Shown piece by piece: positions 10,379-19,055 of a stretch of DNA of 64,000 nucleotides. This stretch comes from Dehalococcoidia bacterium. GTDB taxonomy: Bacteria > Chloroflexota > Dehalococcoidia > Lucifugimonadales > UBA3495. Position 1 is the first letter of the stretch; each line of letters begins with the position of its first letter. The position numbers and the translations under genes were made by a program. The notes beneath the pieces are model-generated. The model was not told the origin of the DNA and made no database searches. It saw only the letters and a program-made list of their open reading frames with translations. The stretch lies in contig OZ250156.1 in the NCBI GenBank assembly GCA_965237745.1, forward strand, positions 1,953,426 to 2,017,425, written 5' to 3'.

Positions 10379-10513
10379 CGACCGGCTGCCAGTAGACCAA
10401 CTGCTTTGAAATGATGGATTAACATCCTCACCCCTCACATGGGGCCAAAACTGCTGAAGCAGCCTCGGGGAACAAGGATTGTTCCGGCTACTCATCATTT
10501 CAAAGATTTCGAA

Positions 10514-11664
10514 CTACAAAACTAAAGCCAAGGTGGGATGTGCATCTGGCTGGTGGTGGGAATCTGGATGGGGGTTACGCAGGAGCCCCTCTGCTCTTGA
10601 TTGCAGGACTGTACGGCACCGGCGTTTCACCTCTTCTTTCCATCCGGCCAGCGCGGCGAGGAAGTTCCCGACCCTCTCTTGCACCCGAGACTTGGTTCCC
10701 AGGCACAGGTTTCCGGTGGCTTCCTCTCTCGCCCAGCCCCAGACCGCCTCATCGGCGTTGAAGTCCGGACTGTAACCCGGCAGGTTCATCAGCCTCAGGG
10801 CCAAGCCCGGTGTCCGCAGATATTCACGCACCGCCTCCCCGCGGTGGGCCGGCGCGTTGTTCCAGATCACGCCCAGCGGCCCGGAGTGCCTCTGCCGCAA
10901 CCGCTCCAGGAAGGCAGCCGAGGTTCCGGGGTTGCTGTTGCCTTCCAGCTCCATCCACTCCACCTCCCCGGTCTCCAGACACACTGCCGAGTAATAGCTG
11001 GCCTTTTCGCCATAGCTCGGACTGGTCGAATCCACCAAAGCCTGCCCTCCCCGCAGCACCCACTTGCCCCGCAGTTCGGCATCGGCCCGGAAGTGCGCCT
11101 CGTCGGCAAAGAATATCTTCGCTCCCGTACGCCGCGCCTCGTCCGACAGGGTGGCGTACTCCGCCACGAAGGCCTCCCGCTTGGCCTCATCCGCCTTGAT
11201 CAAGCGCTTCTTGAGACGCCTCAGGACGAATCCCAAGCGGTGCAGATAGTTCAAACAACTGCTGCGGCTCAACTCGATGCCGAACCGTTCCGAGACGAAC
11301 TGCCGAACTCCCCTCCAATACCAGTTGGCCAGTTCGATGCCCGCCTGCTCCGGCAACTCCTGCACCGCTGCCTTCAACTCCGCCTGTTGCGTCTCGCCAA
11401 GGGCGGGGGGGGAACCCCGGTCTGCTCGAATATCAAGGCTGCAGGCCCTCCCTCGCCGAAGGCGGCCAGCCAACGGCCAATGGTGTGGGGATCCCGTTCC
11501 AACGCCTCCGCCGTGGACGAGGCGGTCCAGCCCTGTGCCAGCAGCAGCATGGCGTACCACCGCTCCCGTCCCCTGGGCGTTGGCGCCAGAATCGTCTGGC
11601 GGCGCAAGGCCTTGGCATCCATCTGCCATTGTTCCAGAAACTGGTCCATCTCCCTCACGCCCAT
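10514..11664 (-). CDS. IS630-family transposase (two frames joined by a -1 shift on a C8 run)
   Basis: Upstream frame: HTH region (WYAMLLLAQGWTASSTAEALERDPHTIGRWLAAFGEGGPAAL). Downstream frame: DDE region (FFADEAHF...IWNNAPAHR...LPGYSPDFNADEAVW). The frames meet at the G8/C8 run 11405-11412. The stop codon uses the flanking TA. Confidence 0.8.
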
Positions 11665-11758
11665 CACCAACCCCCCGCTATTCCCAAGACCAGCTAACCC
11701 AGTTCTCCCCACAAATTTACCTTATGACTCTGCGCTTTTCACCTTGGCTTTAGTTTAG
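10517..11758 (-). mobile_element. IS630-family insertion sequence, flanked by TA/TA
   Basis: Terminal inverted repeats aaactaaagccaaggtg (10519-10535) and caccttggctttagttt (11740-11756). TA at 10515-10516 and 11759-11760. Encodes an HTH + DDE transposase. Confidence 0.85.
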
Positions 11759-11760
11759 TA

Positions 11761-13160
11761 CTACAGTTGCAGATTAACGATGTAGAATATGCCATCACAT
11801 GATGATGAGGTGAGGTGGTGGCAGGGCACGGTGATGAGGTAGCGGAAGTGACGCGGTGGGCCGAGGGCATTGAGCAGGTGCACGAGTGCATCGGGGGAAG
11901 GTTCCGGCGGCCGGAGCCGCGCCGCCGGGTGCTGGACTATCTGCGGGGACTGCTCAGTCCGGTGGAACGCAAGAATGGCTGGCAACTGGCGGAGCAGGCG
12001 GGCGACGCCACTCCCGACGGGGTGCAGCGCCTGCTGTCCACCTACGTCTGGGACGCGGATCTGGTGCGCGACGATCTGACGGGTTACGTGGTGGAGCATC
12101 TGGCCGACGCTGAGGCAGTTCTGGTGGTGGACGAAACCGGCTTTCTTAAGAAGGGAGACAAGTCGGTTGGGGTGCAGCGTCAGTACAGCGGCACTGCGGG
12201 GCGGATCGAGAACTCTCAGATTGGGGTATTCTTGGCCTATGCCGCTTCCCGAGGGAGGACGCTGCTGGACCGGGAGTTGTACCTGCCCCAGGTCTGGGCG
12301 GAGGACTGGGAACGTCGGCGGGAGGCCGGGGTGCCTGAGGATGTTTCCTTTCGAACCAAGCCGCAACTGGCGCAGTTGATGCTGGAGCGGGCGGTGGAAT
12401 CGGGAGTCCCCTTCGGCTGGGTTGCCGGAGATGAGGTCTACGGCAATGACCGCAACCTGCGGCTGTGGCTGGAGCGTGAGGGGCTGTCCCATGTGCTGGC
12501 CATCAAACGCAGCGAGAAGCTGTGGGCATTGACGGAAAAGGGTCCTCGTCAGGTAAGAGCCGATCGGCTGGCATCGCAGGTTGAGGAAACTGGCTGGGTG
12601 CGGTGCAGCTCGGGCGACGGGGCCAAGGGGCCGAGGGTGTACGATTGGGCTACCGTGGAGCTAAGGCCCCTCAAAGAGCCTGGCAAGGGCTATTGGCTGC
12701 TGTTCCGACGCAGTCTGTCCGACCCCGGGGAACTGGCCTACTATGTCTGTTACGGCTTGGCGGGAACAGCCCTGAAGGAACTGGCAAGGGTCGCCGGGAC
12801 CCGTTGGGCCATTGAGGAATGCTTTGAGGAGGCCAAGGGACAGGTGGGACTGGACCAGTACGAGGTGCGGAGGTGGGATGGCTGGTACCGGCACATCACC
12901 CTGGCGATGCTGGCGCAGGCGTATTTGACCGTGATCAGGCAACAAGCGCTGGAACAGGGAGAAAAGGGGGGCACTACGGTCCCGATGAAGAGCTGATACC
13001 CTTGACGGTTCCGGAGCTGCGCCGGCTGCTCACCCGCCTGGTATGGACGGAAACCCAACCGCCTGATTCCATCCTGTACTGGTCGTGGTGGAGACGGCGC
13101 CACCAAGCCCGGGCCCAGCGTTGCCACTACAAACGCCGCCTGTCCAATCTGCGGCTGTAG
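11761..13160 (+). mobile_element. IS701-family insertion sequence
   Basis: Inverted repeats ctacagttgcagatt (11761-11775) and aatctgcggctgtag (13146-13160). TA on both flanks. The complementarity may extend 3-5 bp further out, so ends are +/-5 bp. Confidence 0.75.
11815..12996 (+). CDS. IS701-family DDE transposase
   Basis: 393-aa ORF: RFRRPEPRRRVLDYLRGLLSPVERKNGWQLAEQAG...LVVDETGFLKKG...VQRQYSGTAGRIENSQIGVFLAY...VAGDEVYG, typical of IS701/ISAzo13-like transposases. Confidence 0.85.
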   Translation: MVAGHGDEVAEVTRWAEGIEQVHECIGGRFRRPEPRRRVLDYLRGLLSPVERKNGWQLAEQAGDATPDGVQRLLSTYVWDADLVRDDLTGYVVEHLADAEAVLVVDETGFLKKGDKSVGVQRQYSGTAGRIENSQIGVFLAYAASRGRTLLDRELYLPQVWAEDWERRREAGVPEDVSFRTKPQLAQLMLERAVESGVPFGWVAGDEVYGNDRNLRLWLEREGLSHVLAIKRSEKLWALTEKGPRQVRADRLASQVEETGWVRCSSGDGAKGPRVYDWATVELRPLKEPGKGYWLLFRRSLSDPGELAYYVCYGLAGTALKELARVAGTRWAIEECFEEAKGQVGLDQYEVRRWDGWYRHITLAMLAQAYLTVIRQQALEQGEKGGTTVPMKS

Positions 13161-13191
13161 TACTAGGGAGTGTCGTCAAAATAATAACCTG

Positions 13192-14022
13192 ATGGTACAT
13201 TGCTGTGGAGAGTGTGAGGGAGTGGGGTTGGGGTATGACAGCAGCGCATCGAGGGCACGACCTTTCGGACAAGGTATGGAACGCTTGCAGCCTCTGTTGC
13301 CTGGAGGAGCAGGCCAAAGGGGTCGCCCGGCCAGGGACAATCGACTGTTTGTGAACGCGGTGTGTTGGATACTGCGGACTGGGGCGCCTTGGCGTGACCT
13401 GCCGCCGGACTACGGGGACTGGAAGAACACCCATCGCCGCTTCTGCCGCTGGCGGGACCGGGGCGAGTGGGCCAAGCTGCTGGAAGCGGTGCTGGATGAC
13501 CCGGATCTCGAATGGCTGATGATTGACGCCATCTACATCAAGGCCCATCCTCACAGTGCCGGCGCCCGGGGGGAGCCAAGCCATCGCCCGCACAAAAGGG
13601 GGCTGAACAGCAAGCTGCACCTGGCGGTGGACTCCCGGTGGACTCCGGTCCCGGTGGACTCCCGGTGGACTCCCGGTAAGGCTGGCGGTTACTGGAGGCC
13701 CGGTGGCCGATGCTCCTTGGCGTTGCCCCTGATCGAGGGTATAGCAGCGGAGTGTCTGTTGGCGGACAAAGCCTATGACACCAATGAAATCATAGCCACC
13801 GCCCGGGAATCGGGAATGAACCCGGTGATACCGCCCAAAAGCAACCGGAGGGAAAAGCGGGACTATGACCGGGCGCTGTACAAGTTGCGGCACTTGGTGG
13901 AGAACGGGTTCTTGGAATTCAAGCAGTGGCGCGGGGTGGCGACCCGTTACGCCAAAAGGACGGCATCATACTTGGCCGCCTGCCAACTCCGGGCAGTGAT
14001 GATCTGGAGCAAACTCTTTTGA
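13192..14022 (+). pseudogene. IS5-family transposase, probably defective
   Basis: Conserved blocks GRPARDNRLFVNAVCWILRTGAPWRDLP, LADKAYDTNEII and GFLEFKQWRGVATRYAKR. The expected N-terminal LSDKVW+ERLQPLLP is split between frames (apparent 1-nt loss near 13276). An 11-nt repeat expansion sits at 13627-13675. Confidence 0.7.
13627..13675 (+). repeat. tandem ~11-nt repeat (gtggactcccg, about 4 copies) inside the IS5 transposase gene
   Basis: gtggactcccg gtggactccg gtcccg gtggactcccg gtggactcccg read directly. Translates as VDSRWTPVPVDSRWTP, unlike the usual LHLAVDxxGxPV block. Confidence 0.8.
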
Positions 14023-14033
14023 CGACACTCCCT

Positions 14034-14698
14034 TACGTTCCCGGTCACGTCGACCGGCTCGCTGAAGGTGAAGGTGAAGGTGAACTCGATTTTGTCGTCC
14101 TGCCCATAGGTGTCGTTCGCCGCTGGGGTGGAACTCACTGCCACGTCGAGGGCCGCGGGCTGGCCCTCGACCTTGGCGTAGTGGTGATAGCCGCCGGTGT
14201 ATGTCTTTGAGGCGAGTACCTCGTGTTTGTATGTTTCACTGGCGTTGTCGCCAATCTAGGTTTCGATGGTGCTGCCGGTGAGCCCGGTGGCCCCATCGCT
14301 GTCGTCGATGGTGATCCCGTTCCAGTCGGTGTCCGTCTCCAGCACGGTGTAGACGAAGGTGAGTTTCGTTGTCTTCCAGAACTGGTGCTCCACCACGTTG
14401 GTCATGATGCGGGCTTGGCGGAAGTTGCCGTCGCCGCTTCCTATCCGGAAATCAACCTCCAAGACGTCGCTCACGATATGTACATTCTTATCGTAGGTCA
14501 CGTCTATGTGGATCTGTTCGCCCGCCGGTAGGCCAGGCCGTCGGTGGGCGGCCGGGGTGCCACGCTCTCGATTTCGGCCGGTTCGGTGGTGATGGCGCTG
14601 GCTGGTTCTGCGAGCATGAGAAATAGCGCGGCGACCCCGAGGGTTATCAATATGAGTGCTGTCAGACGGCGGGGAATTGCTGGTGCTGCTGTTTTCAT
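14034..14698 (-). pseudogene. secreted repeat-domain protein, disrupted (frameshift, nonsense codon, truncated by IS5)
   Basis: Signal peptide MKTAAPAIPRRLTALILITLGVAALFLMLAEPASA, then a TAG at 14504-14506 with the reading frame continuing 2 nt out of phase (GEQIHIDVTYDKNVHIV...). An in-frame TAG lies at 14256-14258. The frame runs straight into the IS5 right end at 14033. Confidence 0.65.
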
Positions 14699-15719
14699 GG
14701 TGTGCCTGTCCCTTGGTTCTGGGATTGGATTCCGGAAAATGCCAATGGCCGACAGTTTGCCGTTTGACCCGATTCCTTCCTCGCTTTGGTGCTGTCCTTC
14801 ACGTGCTGTTCAGCAGGTCGGCACCCTTGGGTCATTCTTCGCGGTCCATACAATCCGCGCTGAAAGCTGCAACAGGTGCCTGTTCGCCAGTTTGGAAACC
14901 TGGGACTAACAAAGACCTGCGGCGGGTTAATCTCTATTCGCCATCCACAGGGTGATGTGGCCCCGTTTTCCTGATGTCGGCACCGGCGGTAATGCAAATG
15001 GTATGGCGCTATCGGAAGACTGGACCGAATTCGCACCAGAGCTGGGTGAATGCGTCCGTGTATCCGGCACGGTATGTGATGCCCTCACCTGAAGGTTGCA
15101 GTTGCTGTCACCTATACGCCAATGTTCTCAGCCGAATGGAACGGCGAGGTCAAGAGGAGAAGCGTGCTGGTGGTGCCTGCAACATCTGTGTGGTCAGAGA
15201 GGTTCACAACGCCGTTGTGGCCGGGTCCCGTTATTCAAAACGGACCATCCACTGCGATGAATTTACATAATTGCCCATTGGAGGATTGTTGCGTGAAGAT
15301 TGGCATGTACGGCCCCTGTTTGCATTGATGAATCTTCACATCTACAACTCCTCACTGGCTGCTGCTAACTCAATGGTACTATAACCGCACTGCCAATACC
15401 ACCGCCGCATAACTGAAGCCGGCAGTACCCATTCAATCCCACATTGTCAGATATTCAATAAGCCAAGCTTGGATACTACCTTTGTGTAATGAAATGGTGT
15501 GAAGAGACTATGTTGTGGGAGGTGGGTGGGTTCAGGGTGCAGGAAAAATTCGCTGTTCGGTTAGACGCCGGGGTGAAGGGGCGGGTCAGGCAGATGATAA
15601 GAGCTGGCAGTCAGTCATACCAGAAATGGCAGTTGCTGAAAAACAAGTCTCAGGGGACTGTGAACGGAACTGACTGTCACTCGTGAAAATCATCCTGCCA
15701 TTTCAAACGCGACTGACTA

Positions 15720-16098
15720 TTGAGTCCCAACAACCGCATCACCGGTGGCCGAGTCATCAGCTCCAAAACGAAGCCGAGCGCAAACCGCCCGGCTGAGGCA
15801 TTGCGCTTGGCCGCCCATGGGCTACACCGCTCCGGCAGCGCGTCGGGCGCCCTCCTCCGCCGTAAAAAGGCGCAACTGGGCGCGCCCAAGACCATCACAG
15901 CTACCGGCCAAAAATTGGCCAGAATCGTCTATACCAAGTTGCGGTACGGCCAGGACTACGTGGACGCCGGCGCTGAATATTATGAGACAGTACCTTTAGA
16001 GAGCGTTACAGGCTGCCAAGCGGCGGGCGGCACAATTGGGCTGTCAATTGATCCCTGCAACACACGACCAACCCTCCCCAGAGGTCGCCGTAGCGTGA
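15720..16098 (+). pseudogene. IS110-family transposase 3' fragment (orphan, degenerate)
   Basis: SPNNRITGGRVISSKTKPSANRPAEALRLAAHGLHRSGSASGALLRRKKAQLGAPKTITATGQKLARIVYTKLRYGQDYVDAGAEYYE parallels residues of the intact copy at 36562-38007. The last ~35 codons need a frameshift and contain a stop. No 5' half is present. Confidence 0.75.
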
Positions 16099-16178
16099 CC
16101 ACTCCAGTTGGTGGATAGTCCAAGCAAGGAACTGGCCGGAACTTAAAATACCATAGGCCTCTACTGCTGATGTACGAA

Positions 16179-16215
16179 AGGAGAGGCCCCGGAACATCCC
16201 GGGGCCCCTCCTTTT
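16179..16215. terminator. GC-rich hairpin, possible bidirectional terminator
   Basis: aggagaggccccgg / ccggggcccctcct stem (one mismatch), 6-nt loop, followed by tttt on the plus strand. Lies about 45 nt downstream of the minus-strand amidohydrolase stop. Confidence 0.55.
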
Positions 16216-16257
16216 GAGGTCCGTCGAAAGCTCAGGGCTTGCGCCCTAGACTGGTAA

Positions 16258-18279
16258 CTATCCCCGCCCGTTCCGCAGTAGGCGGCCGGGGTAGGCGCCG
16301 GTGGGTTCGCCGTCCTGGAACGTCACCTCGCCGTTGACCATGGTGTAGCGGTAGCCATTTGCCTTCTGGATGCGGCGCCACTCGCCGCCGGGCAGGTCTT
16401 CCGCCACCTCGCTGGGCAGTACCTCCAGCTTTTCGAGGTCGTATATGACCACGTCAGCCGGGGAGCCCTCGCGCAACGCACCACGGTCCTGGAAGCCGCC
16501 GAAGTGGGCGGGCAGGAAGGACAGCTTGTAGTGAGCGTCCTCCAGCGTGATGACCTTCTCGTCGCGCACCAGCCAGGTGAGCATGTCCGTCGGGTAGATG
16601 CCCGCGGTCAGGAACTTGACGTGGGCGCCACCGTCGGACACACCAGCCACGATATGGTTGGAGTCCAGCACCTCTGCGGTGTACTGGGCTTGGTCGCGGC
16701 CCTGGGTGTCGGCGTAGAACTCGGTGGCCAGATCGTCCTCGACGCACATGTCCAGCAGCGCGTCAATGACGTGCTTACCCTGCTCGTCGGCTATCTGCTG
16801 TACCGTCAGACCGGCCTGCGGGCTGGAGGCCTCGGTTTCGTCGGGGGCCAGCGCAATCATGCGGCCGTCAACGACGTTGGCCACGAAGGACTTCATTCGC
16901 AGGTCAGGGTTGGTGATGCAGCGTCCGCCGTCGTGCTCGTACTCGTAGGCGTGGGTGTCGCAGACAAAGGCGTCGCCCTCGTCGCCGATAGTGCCGCCCT
17001 GGTGCGGGCAGACCACCGACAGCAGCTTGAAGCCATCACGGGTGTTGACCAAGAAGTAGTCGGCCCCGGCGACGTTGACCTTGGCGGGCATCCGGGTGAA
17101 GTCGGACTCGGCGCCTATGTCAATCTTGACCTTGCGGGTCATCACTTGCAGGCTGCCTACCGAGCCTTGAATCACCAAAGTGGGGCGGGTGCCCGAGTCC
17201 CACTCTTCCTTCAGCTTACGGCGCATCTCCGGGTCCTGCATCTTGGCCTTACGAGTGGCCTTGTCGCCCAAGGTGACCTCGCGCCACATCGGGGTGTCGT
17301 CAAACAGGTTCCAGTCCTCAAAGGTCAGCTCGAAGCCGCCGCGGCGAGTGGCGCCCTGACCGTAAACGCGCAGGCCACGCTCGGCGCAACTCTCCAGCCA
17401 GCGGATGCGCTCGCGGTGCTGCTCGGGGTGGATGGCGTTGGGGGCGACGGCCTGGTAGAGCACCGGGCGACCTGAAACTTCAGCCACACGCTCGAAGAAA
17501 TTGCGCGTCTCCTCACCCAAGGGGCGGCCATCTTCTCCCGTTTCCTGGTAGGCCAGCTCAATGAAGCCCTCGTCGCGGTCTCGGAGCACCTGCGCGAAGG
17601 AGAGTACCTCATGCTCCGACAGCAGGTCGGTAATCATCGGGGTGCCGTCGTAGTCGCGTTGTACGGAGGTTTCGCCGAGAACCTGGGCCGACCAGCCGCA
17701 GGCGCCGTGGTCCATGGCCTCGTGAATCAACCGCACCATTTCCTGCAGTTCGGCCTCGGTCGGGCGGCGGGTCTTGGCCTCGTCCCAGCCCATCACCCAA
17801 GCGTATAGGGGGGTCAGCGGGACGTAGGTCAGGCAGTTGATGCCCTTGGGTGTGTTCTCAAGGCTGTCGATGAAGTCCGGGAAAGTGACCCAGTCCCAGG
17901 GCATGCCCGCCTTCATGGCGTCGTAGGGGATGGCCTCGTTGCGGGTCATGCTGAGCATTGAGCGGTCCTGGTCCTCCACGCGGGAGGGTGCAAAGCCGAA
18001 GCCGCAGTTACCCAGGGCCACGGAGGTTACGCCGTGCCAGCCGGACAGGGTGCAGTAGGGGTCCCAGAAAATCTGGGCGTCGTAGTGGGTGTGCAGGTCG
18101 ATGAAGCCGGGGGCTACTATAAGGCCCTTGGCGTCGATTTCCCGGTCCGCGTCGCCGCCATTCAGCCCGCCAATCTTTGCGATGCGCCCGTCTTTGATGG
18201 CCACGTCGCTGATGTAGCGGGGCGCGCGCGTCCCGTCGACAATTGTGCCGCCTCTGATGATGATGTCGTAGGTTGCCAT
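16258..18279 (-). CDS. D-aminoacylase-family amidohydrolase with an inserted Rieske-like segment
   Basis: N-terminus YDIIIRGGTIVDGT...APGFIDLHTHYD...GNCGFGFAP and C-terminus GVSDGGAHVKF...DRGALREGSPADVVIYD are typical of N-acyl-D-amino-acid deacylases. Internal CPHQGGTIGDEGDAFVCDTH...GGRC. Start set at MATYD (18279) with a GGAGAAGGG RBS. Confidence 0.8.
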   Translation of the reverse strand: MATYDIIIRGGTIVDGTRAPRYISDVAIKDGRIAKIGGLNGGDADREIDAKGLIVAPGFIDLHTHYDAQIFWDPYCTLSGWHGVTSVALGNCGFGFAPSRVEDQDRSMLSMTRNEAIPYDAMKAGMPWDWVTFPDFIDSLENTPKGINCLTYVPLTPLYAWVMGWDEAKTRRPTEAELQEMVRLIHEAMDHGACGWSAQVLGETSVQRDYDGTPMITDLLSEHEVLSFAQVLRDRDEGFIELAYQETGEDGRPLGEETRNFFERVAEVSGRPVLYQAVAPNAIHPEQHRERIRWLESCAERGLRVYGQGATRRGGFELTFEDWNLFDDTPMWREVTLGDKATRKAKMQDPEMRRKLKEEWDSGTRPTLVIQGSVGSLQVMTRKVKIDIGAESDFTRMPAKVNVAGADYFLVNTRDGFKLLSVVCPHQGGTIGDEGDAFVCDTHAYEYEHDGGRCITNPDLRMKSFVANVVDGRMIALAPDETEASSPQAGLTVQQIADEQGKHVIDALLDMCVEDDLATEFYADTQGRDQAQYTAEVLDSNHIVAGVSDGGAHVKFLTAGIYPTDMLTWLVRDEKVITLEDAHYKLSFLPAHFGGFQDRGALREGSPADVVIYDLEKLEVLPSEVAEDLPGGEWRRIQKANGYRYTMVNGEVTFQDGEPTGAYPGRLLRNGRG

Positions 18280-18452
18280 GAACCCTTCTCCTCGAGATTG
18301 AATGAATAGGGAGGGGGTGGGGTATCCAGAAGGTCTACCCAGAATTTTAGGTATTACCATTCACGCTGTCAAACAGCAGAAATTCTAGTTGTATACGGTG
18401 TAATTACTCCTGAAATGTAACGAATATCGTTACTAATCTCTCGTAATAATAC

Positions 18453-18483
18453 ATGATGCCGCTTATTCAATAAGCGGCATCAT
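18453..18483 (-). terminator. perfect 13-bp hairpin downstream of the Rrf2 gene
   Basis: atgatgccgctta ttcaa taagcggcatcat. On the minus strand it is followed by an A/T-rich tract (tattatta). Confidence 0.55.
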
Positions 18484-18501
18484 TTAGACGCGAGATGTAA
18501 A

Positions 18502-18930
18502 TTAAGAGACGGTGGCGGCGAGGCTGAGCTGGCGGTCAGCCAAGTCGGCCAGCGTGATGTTGCTGAGCAGGTCCAGTATGGCTTCCTCTACGGACTTCCA
18601 GACCTCCTGCTGGGCGCAGGAGTCGGAAAGCACGCAGTCGTCGGGGTTGATGAGGCAGTCGAGGGGAGAACTGTTGGCGTCGAGCTTGGACATCACCATA
18701 CTCAGGTTAATGTCGCGAGGAGGCATGGCGAGGGAGTGGCCGCCCCGGGGCCCCCGGCGGCTGGAGACAAAGCCAAACTTGTTGAGGGATGCCATCAACT
18801 GGTCGAGATATGCCTCAGGGATGCCCTGCTTTGCCGCGATTTCCGCGGTCTGAACCGGGCCGTCTCCATAACGAAGGGCCAGTTCAACGAGGGCCCGCAC
18901 CCCATAGTCGACGCGCATGGGGATTTTCAT
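18502..18930 (-). CDS. Rrf2-family transcriptional regulator with a 3-Cys cluster motif
   Basis: MKIPMRVDYGVRALVELA...AEIAAKQGIPEAYLDQLMASLNKFGFVSSRRGPRGG wHTH. CLINPDDCVLSDSC matches the CX7CX5C spacing of Fe-S-binding Rrf2 members. Confidence 0.85.
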   Translation of the reverse strand: MKIPMRVDYGVRALVELALRYGDGPVQTAEIAAKQGIPEAYLDQLMASLNKFGFVSSRRGPRGGHSLAMPPRDINLSMVMSKLDANSSPLDCLINPDDCVLSDSCAQQEVWKSVEEAILDLLSNITLADLADRQLSLAATVS

Positions 18931-19055
18931 CTCGCCGCTCCTCAGGGGTCGGTTGGTGGATAAGTATACACCAGGCAGCTATCGATTCCAAACGGTGTGC
19001 GGGCTAATACATGAAAACAGTTAATGCTTACAGCAACAGACTATTCCGGTGTCCG

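Larger units (their letters stand above)
13165..14033 (+). mobile_element. IS5-family (IS427/IS1031-like) insertion sequence
   Basis: Inverted repeats agggagtgtcgtcaaaa (13165-13181) and ttttgacgacactccct (14017-14033). Flanking trinucleotides are CTA (left) and TTA (right), so there is no clean target duplication. Confidence 0.8.

Noticed and set aside
10601-11758. 385-aa plus-strand ORF
   Set aside because: Antisense to the IS630 transposase, whose HTH and DDE motifs are unambiguous.
16504-17475. 323-aa plus-strand ORF
   Set aside because: Antisense shadow of the amidohydrolase gene. Repetitive Gly/Val/Leu/His composition.
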